A DNA stretch of 64,000 nt from Eledone cirrhosa (lineage: Eukaryota): contig OZ024741.1 of NCBI GenBank assembly GCA_964016885.1, forward strand, positions 96,906,001-96,970,000. Reading direction: 5' to 3'. Shown here in pieces: positions 55,067 to 64,000 of this stretch (positions are counted from its first letter, which is position 1; every line of letters starts with the position of its first letter). The notes beneath the pieces are model-generated. The model was not told where the DNA came from and searched no databases. It saw nothing but the letters and a program-made list of their open reading frames with translations. A program made the translations under genes and the position numbers.

Positions 55067-57482
55067 GATTTGTTTATTGAAAAAAAACAACAAAATTTAA
55101 TATAATAGGTCTGTTTTGGAACAGGTTTTAAATTGACCAATAGAAAAGTAGTAAGAGGTCAAGTTGATAGAATAGTAGTAGTAGAAATTTAATTTAGGGT
55201 TAGAGGGGTGCAGATATATGTTTTGAATGGAAAGAATACTTTGAATGAAAAGAATACTTTGGGGATGAAAAGAAGTCAAACCGGAGAAGGGTACACGAAA
55301 ATTTGATGTTATTAAAGAATAGTGTTAAAAACGAAGGAAAGTAACATTTTAGGGTAAATGAGAAATACCAATCTTATTTAAACCACAAGGAATCTAGATC
55401 TATAACAAGATATTAAATTAATTGATAGGTATACTTATAGGGATAAATTTATATTACATCATATGGATGTGATAAATAAGAATTAGATGTTATTAAAGAA
55501 TGTTGTTAAAAACGAAGGAAAATAAAATGTTGGGATAAGGGTAGTAGTGAGAAATACCAATCTTATATAAACTACAAGGAATCTAGATTCATAACAGGAA
55601 ATTAAAATAGTTTATATGTATACTTTTAGGTATTAATTTTAGGAAAAGAGAGCTGTAAGAGGGAAATAAAATTATGAGGTTCTCTGTAGTAAAGTACTAA
55701 TTATAGGTTAACTAAATAAAAAAAAAACTAATTATAATAATATGTAAAATATAGTGTAATGTGTATATTAATTAGGTTTATAATATTTCAAGGTTCTTCT
55801 AATTCTATGATTGCAATATATAATTAATTCTTGTCGCTTATTTAATAGGATATCCTTAGATTTCATTATTTCAAAAAGTTCCTGGTAACATAATTTACAC
55901 TCATATCTGTTATTTTGATAAGGGGTGGCCGTTTTGAGCCACTCCATGTCAGGTTGTAATCGATATTCTTTTTTCTATAATTATTAATTGTTTCAGCCAA
56001 TGATGTTGTATTAGCTAATGCGCCATTTTTAAAACTATGTTTGTGGGTATTAAATCTTACTTTAAATTGGTTAGACGTAGCTCCTATATATGAATAAGTG
56101 GAGTCCTTAGTGCTAATTTTACATTTATAGACTATGTTATTAATAAGACAATTCCCCTTTAATGGGTAATTTATTTTGTTTCTACAGTTACAACCATTCG
56201 TAAATATTATATCAGGGGAGTTAGTCAAATTTGGTGTGGAATTTACTCGACTTGTTATATGTGAAGGAGATGGTGGTATGTTGCGGTTTATTTTAGTATT
56301 ATGGTTGGTTTGATGTGTTGGTGGTATATTCGTGTTACATTTTTACATTTTTATGCGTTGTACGCACTTATATTTTGTTGTATATTTTTGGTAGTGGAGT
56401 AGGAAAATTTGACAGTTGATCTCTTTAAAATTTGATGGTATTTATGGTTTGGCGGGAAATTTTTCTCTAGGATAGTAAAACATTTTTTAGGGATATTATC
56501 TTTAATTTGTAGATTAAATGGAGCATTATACCAAGTAACCCATCTATTACGGATTCGATATTGTTTTTTATATTTATACGATGTATCAGGATGTTTACTA
56601 AGGGAGTTATTATTAGTGAATTTATTATATATAGGTTTAGTTAGATTAACTAATTTAGGTGTTTTAGTCTGATTATTAGGAATTTTGTTAGTAATGTTGT
56701 TAACATATATTGGAGTATTAGGATGAATAGTTTTTTGAAAGTCATTATGTTTTATGTGAGAAGAGGTAGAGAAATTAAGTTTTAGGTTGGTATAATTGGG
56801 TGTAGTGTGAGTGGCATTTAGGTGTGGGTTTTTCATTTGGTGTTTGTTGGTAATATCGGGTTGTATGTTTGAAGTATTATTGGTGCGAGGTATATAGACT
56901 AATTTGTTTTTGTGGCCGCTTCTAGCTAAAGCGCATTTTTATCGAATACATCCTGGTTAGATGAAAGGTTAGATATTCTGAGTGAGATATTATATGCTAG
57001 GTTTTTAAGGATAGATCTAGGGTGATTGGCTTGTGAGTGTATGTAATGTAAGTTTTGGTTGGGTTTATGGTAAGGTTGGTAGATACCCGTAGATAAGTCT
57101 AAAGTTATATCTAGGAAATTAACTATTTTACTGGTGTTTTCAAATGTAATAGTGAGATTATAATAGCCTTTGAGCAAAGTTGTAAAGTTTTTTTATTCTT
57201 TTCAATTTCTGATAGGCTAAGATTAGTGGAAAGAAGAAGACAGTCATCACGATATAAACCACCTTTAAGGAGGGGAAAAGAAGAATTTATGTTAAATAGA
57301 AGAAAGAGGCCCACAAGATCGGTAATTTATAAGTTTGCACACCTCTACCCCTAAATTAAATTTCTACTACTACTATTCTATCACCTTGACCTCTTACCAC
57401 TTTTCTATTGGTCAATTCAAAACCTCTTCCCAAACAGACCTCTTATATTAAATCTTTGTTGGTTTTTTTCAATAAACAAATC

Positions 57483-57618
57483 TCATCATTTCTGAAGACA
57501 GCATATATATGTGAAGGTATGTATATTTCCTCTGATAGTTTGTAATATTTGTACATAGATCTATATGATATACATACCAACACACATATATATCCTAGAA
57601 ACGATCGTAAAATGATGA
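57483..57618 (+). ncRNA. Type I hammerhead with about 100-nt stem II insertion (pLTR copy B)
   Basis: 9-bp stem I tcatcattt/aaatgatga. Stem II atatatatgtg/cacatatatat and ggtatgtatat/atatacatacc. Palindromic stem III acgatcgt. Confidence 0.82.
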
Positions 57619-57800
57619 TTTTTTAATATAAGGAACTTATTCTTCGTTTTTATTCATTGTTTTTATTAATTTATCTTGACTCTGTTTTCCTATAATTTTC
57701 ATCGAACATTTTTGAATGTGTCTTCTCTTTTCATGATATTTGGATTACATTGAGTTCTTCATACGGATTGGACACTACCGTATATGTTGGTAGATTTATC

Positions 57801-57844
<44 letters not shown>

Positions 57845-58300
57845 GTGTGTGTGTATAATTCATGTACTATTCATACATTATTTCACAAGATGTGTATAGG
57901 GAATACAATTCTAGTTATCAAATTTATGTTTCAACGTAGAAAGACAGGATGTAATAAGAAAGAGAAAAAAGCAATCCCATGTTCTCTTGCGAAATAACAT
58001 TTCCAACAAGCACATGATGCATTTGCTGATTATGCAACAAAATCGTTCATTGTCTTCCTTTCAAACATAATGCTATCATAGTTTGACGCCCATATTTATT
58101 CTAGCACAGTGACCTTTTCTTCTGTTTCTTTAGAGTATTATCGAAACACTTCAGATAAACCACATTCAGTCTTTGATAGTATATTATATGTTAGAACATT
58201 ATAGATGATTTAATCTACAGATCGATAGGCACAGATAAGAACACATACAGATCCGCACATAAGTATATATGCCCCCCGCCCCACACAAATTTTCTCTCTT

Positions 58301-58362
<62 letters not shown>

Positions 58363-58611
58363 TAAATATATATATATAACTACCTATCTATCTATCTATC
58401 TCCCACTCCCTCTCTTTATATATATATATATATATATATATCCCAATATCACGACCACTTTTAATTACCAACGAATTTGATGTAATTTTTTTAATATGTA
58501 TTTTTTTTATATTTATAAATCTTCACGATTTATTTACAAAATATAAACTTAGATTTAAAATTTTTTGCTATCTATAACTTTTTATATATTTATATATATT
58601 GTTATTTACTA

Positions 58612-58728
58612 TGAGTTCAAATCCCGCCGAGGTTGACTTTGCCTTTCATCCTTCGGGGTCGATAAAATAAAGTACCAGTAATGCACTGGGTAATTGCTGG
58701 CCTTGTGCCTAAAGTAGAAACAGTTATT
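58612..58728 (+). mobile_element. 5'-truncated SINE copy
   Basis: gagttcaaatcccgccgaggttgactttgcctttcatccttcggggtcgataaaataaagtaccagt...; flanked by the repeat gttatttactatg. Confidence 0.88.
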
Positions 58729-59046
58729 TACTATGTACGTACACAGTCTACGTATTACACTATATTGGTGCTTCGGTTAAAGAAGATCTAAATATAGACG
58801 CCTAAAGAGTTCTTAAAATAGAGTTGAAGATGTTGTGATGGTGCAAGAATCTGGTGAGATAATAGTATCTGAGTCGAGCCCCATGATTGCTTATTCATAG
58901 ATTATGTCATAAAATTGTAACTGGTTTTGAACCAAGCTAAAAGGGAAACGCGTGTTATGCAAAGAAGCTTCTTTTACCCCCGGCCATAACTGTAACAAGC
59001 ATACATGCACCAGCACACGACCGTGATAACCACACACACACATATG

Positions 59047-59128
<82 letters not shown>

Positions 59129-59249
59129 AATATATTTAGCTCATTATGTAGAATTATATTAACTGTTTTACGTAATGTTGCATTGCTATCGGAGTCAAGA
59201 AGAAAACGTATCTATCATCAGATACTTTGCAGAATAAATAAACCAAAAT

Positions 59250-59600
59250 GGAGAATAGAGATTGGAGCCATTCTGATGAGGGCCTAAATTTGTTGGGCCA
59301 GAACCTGTAGTGGTGTTTGATAAGTTAGCGATTACATATGAATTTGCTGGCGCGGAATAGTTTGCGTCTGGGTCGGCGTTGATGGCTGTTTGCCCCACGT
59401 TGGTTTTCCTGGAATGTCGGAGGATATCGTTTTGAAGCTAGATATGAAGACTCTTGTCCATTGTCAAGAAAAGTATGGATCAGTTGATTGCAGGATGGGG
59501 CAATATATGGCGCAATCAATATTACAATTCAGCGATGGTGACTATTCAGTTTATAATCTTTCCTTGGTTTATCTATACATTGATGTGGTGCATCGTTACA
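59250..59600 (+). mobile_element. Possible degraded LINE C-terminal remnant (post-RNase H GPEP region, R1/LOA-like)
   Basis: FVGPEPVV and DSCPL-like fragments only; many stops. Confidence 0.3.
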
Positions 59601-60105
59601 AATAAATGGGCCGTGTGAATAGCTATAAGTTTTTGAAAAAAGTGAATTCAATGTGCGGATAATTTGTTGTAATTTGCAGGTCGCGCAAAATCGATATTAA
59701 AGAATCTTTCTGTTTGGTCCATAATCATGTGCATATGTTTGATGGTCTCTGTGAGTATATTTGTGATGGTGTGTGTGAGTTTCTGTTGCAGTAAGCAAGT
59801 ACTAGTCATAGAAAACGCATGTTCGGCAAACTATCTGATCCAGCTTTACATCTATAATTTGAATTCTAGTATGCTGGTTTTAAGCCAAGTGGATCGAGTC
59901 CAAATTCTCTGTAACTTCCTAGTAGTAAATTGTACATAGAAATGCACAATGAAATGTACTCATTGTCCTGAAGAAGCTGTTATAATTCTTATCCGATTCA
60001 TTTCCAATTTCCAGTCCTGCCACACACAATTAGAAAATCGACACAAACACACTAATATACATACACAAATAGATATAATATGCAAACAAAATCACACACA
60101 CGTAC

Positions 60106-60183
<78 letters not shown>

Positions 60184-60626
60184 GTGTGCAGGTGTGTGTG
60201 CGCATGTGTGTGTGAGCGTATTTTTGTGTGCATCTATGTGCTTGTCTGTATGTGTGTGTAACTGTGTGTGTGTATAAACATACTCAAGTATATCTATACT
60301 CATGATACACCGATGCAAATGTATGCATACACACGAAAAACCACAAACAACCCTACACTCAAATACATACGTATGTATTCATATATGTTGATGATAACTC
60401 AACATTTAAAGAAATGCAGCGAGTTTGCAATACTTGACATTATCTTAATTTATATTTACTTATGATATCACATTTTGAGCCCTCGAAGATGTACATCCAG
60501 TTCTTCAAATATTTGCTCAGATCCTTCATAAATACATACATACCCATGTATACACATGTATACAAGTACGTGAATATACGTATGTATGTAATAGATGTGT
60601 ATGTGTCCGTTTATATATATATATAT

Positions 60627-60680
<54 letters not shown>

Positions 60681-60736
60681 TTATATATATATATATTTAT
60701 ATATATATATATATACATATATATATACATATATAT

Positions 60737-60843
<107 letters not shown>

Positions 60844-61250
60844 TATGTACACGTACATACATATATGTATACAAACGTACAGTAGTATGTATATATATAT
60901 ACATACATACATGCACACATATATATATGTACGTATGGATTCACCGAACATTCATTATAATGTTCGGTGTGTTTGTAAACAAACATCCCGTATTAAGCCG
61001 TAGTGTCCAGCAACCATCGTTGCTCGTTTGTTCAACACTGACAAAGGAACGCTGTACTAGCTTCAAGCTTATTAGCTATCGTCAGCAACGTATACCTTCC
61101 TGCCAGATTGTTGAACGTATATACTTACCTTATGCATATTAACGGCTGAGTAGCCCAATTTGCATATCGAGTGGGTTAATCGGCCGGGAGAACCGAAAAC
61201 GATAAACGGAAAAAATGAAACGAAATTTCGTTTCATTTTTTTCCGTTTAT

Positions 61251-61283
<33 letters not shown>

Positions 61284-61965
61284 CACATATATATACATGT
61301 ATTTAAGTATGCATGTATGTATGTTTATCTGTATGTATATTTTATATATTCTCTTTCTAACTTTGTGTTGTATTACTCTATATTCCCTACCCAATAGAGA
61401 TATGTCAATCTTTTTGAAAACCGAAATAATACTTATTATTTTTTATGAGTAGATGTATTTACATCCCACCCAAATGGGTATTTTTGCAAATAATGTAAAT
61501 GCTTTTTATTTCTATCCCTGAGATTTACTATATATCGTTATTCAAATCTTCTCCTTTTCCGGAACTTGGCTATCATGTGCCACGCCTATTCTATGAGTTA
61601 GTCCTTATATATTTCATCACTCTGTAGTGTTTACCTACCCAAGCGTTTTTCTGACAGAGGGGCGCTATTACTTTTTAACTGATGCAATTGTGTATATAAT
61701 TAAACACATGAGCATGTGTAGCTTATCTTACATTCCGGTGGGTATGGAGATTTATAAGCCCTAAACCATGTCTTCCGCTTGTTTATAGAAGCCATACTTT
61801 TGTAATTGTATAGAATTTCACAGGCCTTAAACATATATCACATCCATATATAAAGTCATATAGACACACAGGCATACACACAGAAGCACGCACAGGCACA
61901 CACGCACACAAACGCACACAAACACACACCCAAACACCACCACACATCCCACACGCACCCACATT

Positions 61966-62642
<677 letters not shown>

Positions 62643-63366
62643 ATAACGAATGAGTTATCTCGGATTAGTTGTGGTAAGGAACCAGATGGGCCATAACGCA
62701 CCAGAGTACTCAATACTTAGCATAGTAGAGTGGGTAATACCAAAATGTATGGTTTTCTCTCTATATATATATATATGTATGTATAAGGATATATAAATAT
62801 ATTACATTATTGATGGATGAAAACAAAAGAACAACGGAAAATCAGTCGAGAAAATGACACCAACTGCTCTCACACTCTATCGAATGTCACTTTCATTCTT
62901 TATATCTATCTCTTTCTTACTTTTCCACCTCTTTTCTAGTGTATACACTCATTTCTGACAACCTCTCCTATATCTTTACATCTATATCACTTTTCATTTG
63001 AATAGAAGCACAATATTATTAAAAATCTAGTCCGTATACACGTTTTAATGTACATCAGTAATGAACGTCTAAACAGTAACCCTACAAACTATATGCCAAA
63101 AGTCATACTTCCATTCTTTTCTATTTATTTCCTGCAGCTTTCCTCGCTTCATTCATCTATTCCTTCAATTATTCATTTATAGATTACATTCATTTTGCTA
63201 TGTTATTCATTTATAGTAAGAATATTTATTTCATTGCCTCGCACAATCAGATCTGAATAATGTTATGGGATAGAAAGGTTAAATATGAAAAGAGAATATC
63301 ACATATTCGACCCTTTTCCTTCTTCTTTCCTTCTGGTATTGGAATTTTCTGCAATCGAAAATTATA

Positions 63367-63404
<38 letters not shown>

Positions 63405-64000
63405 TGATTATTTTCAATGCCCTGGCATTTACAATATCACCTGAGTGTTCAACGCTTGGTGTCACAATAACTCCTGGCAACTGTGTGATGTCATTTCATT
63501 AATCGAGAAACAGCGTTAACTGCCTATACGAAGCATTATGTATGTTCGTGTGAATTTTCGTTTATGATGTTTACTTATCTATGCATCTGTACACGTAAGA
63601 GAGCGCCAATCCATGTTAGAAAATAGATAACCTGAATTAACAGATTGTAAAAGATAAAATGCTTTTCTTTTTAAATACATTTCTGTCTCCTGCTGTTTTA
63701 AAATATATTTCAGCGTTTGGAAATTACATATGGTGGTGATGTATGAATTTTAATAAATATTTAAAGTGCCTCCAGTTTAAAATAAACATTTTTTTGTAGG
63801 GGATGTGTGTGTAGTTAAGCATTTGGCGTTGCAAGTCGTGACATCGGGTTCGAATCAAATGCTGTATGTTTTAGTCAAATATTCTAAAATATACCATTGA
63901 GTTGTGAATGGAATTAATAAGTAACACTCTCTATAAAAGATATTAATTAATCAATAAGTAAGAAGTTAAGTTTCCGACCAGGGTCGATGTTTTGGGAATG

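Larger units (their letters stand above)
54889..57803 (-). mobile_element. 5'-truncated Penelope-like element 3 flanked by inverted pseudo-LTRs, inserted in (TA)n
   Basis: GLYRDDCL, VNFLDITLDL, PYHKPN, NHP, RNRWVTWYNAPF, CNCR...GNCL..NIVYKC, YIGATS..FK.RF..H..SF, LLNKRQEL. Inverted repeat about 54889-55212 vs 57335-57670. About 180-bp tandem duplication at 55306-55640. Confidence 0.88.

Noticed and set aside
59270-59320. CTGATGA-ggcctaa..ttgggcc-GAAC hammerhead-like string
   Set aside because: GAAC instead of GAAA, no NUH or stem I; it overlaps the GPEP coding remnant
63410-63500. Possible minus-strand exon (LPGVIVTPSVEHSG)
   Set aside because: No recognisable domain or clear splice signals
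63798-63870. tRNA-like B-box GGTTCGAATC (also at about 52290-52345, minus strand)
   Set aside because: No complete cloverleaf; probably decayed SINE heads

Overview
AT-rich eukaryotic (animal) repeat-dominated DNA. The SINE family and dense (TA)n/(CA)n tracts suggest an octopod cephalopod, which is an inference only. No host protein-coding gene can be supported. Positions 3.4-23.0 kb hold a head-to-tail array of four minus-strand Tx1-clade (L1-group) non-LTR retrotransposons, each joined to the next through an (AAT)n tail. Copy 1 has intact ORF1 and ORF2, copy 3 looks chimeric, and copy 4 is internally deleted. Positions 25-63 kb are a (TA)n-rich region with three degraded Penelope-like elements (RT + GIY-YIG). 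It also has many short non-coding inserts in (TA)n carrying about a dozen type I hammerhead ribozyme motifs (intact, variant-core or partial). These inserts are often fold-back inverted duplications whose junctions fall inside the ribozyme. Other highlights are a 485-nt retrozyme-like tandem unit, a 262-nt tandem unit built around a tRNA-like cloverleaf, a 168-bp templated capture of nearby DNA, and a tRNA-derived SINE whose 3' end resembles the Tx1 3' end. All folds and alignments were done by eye.
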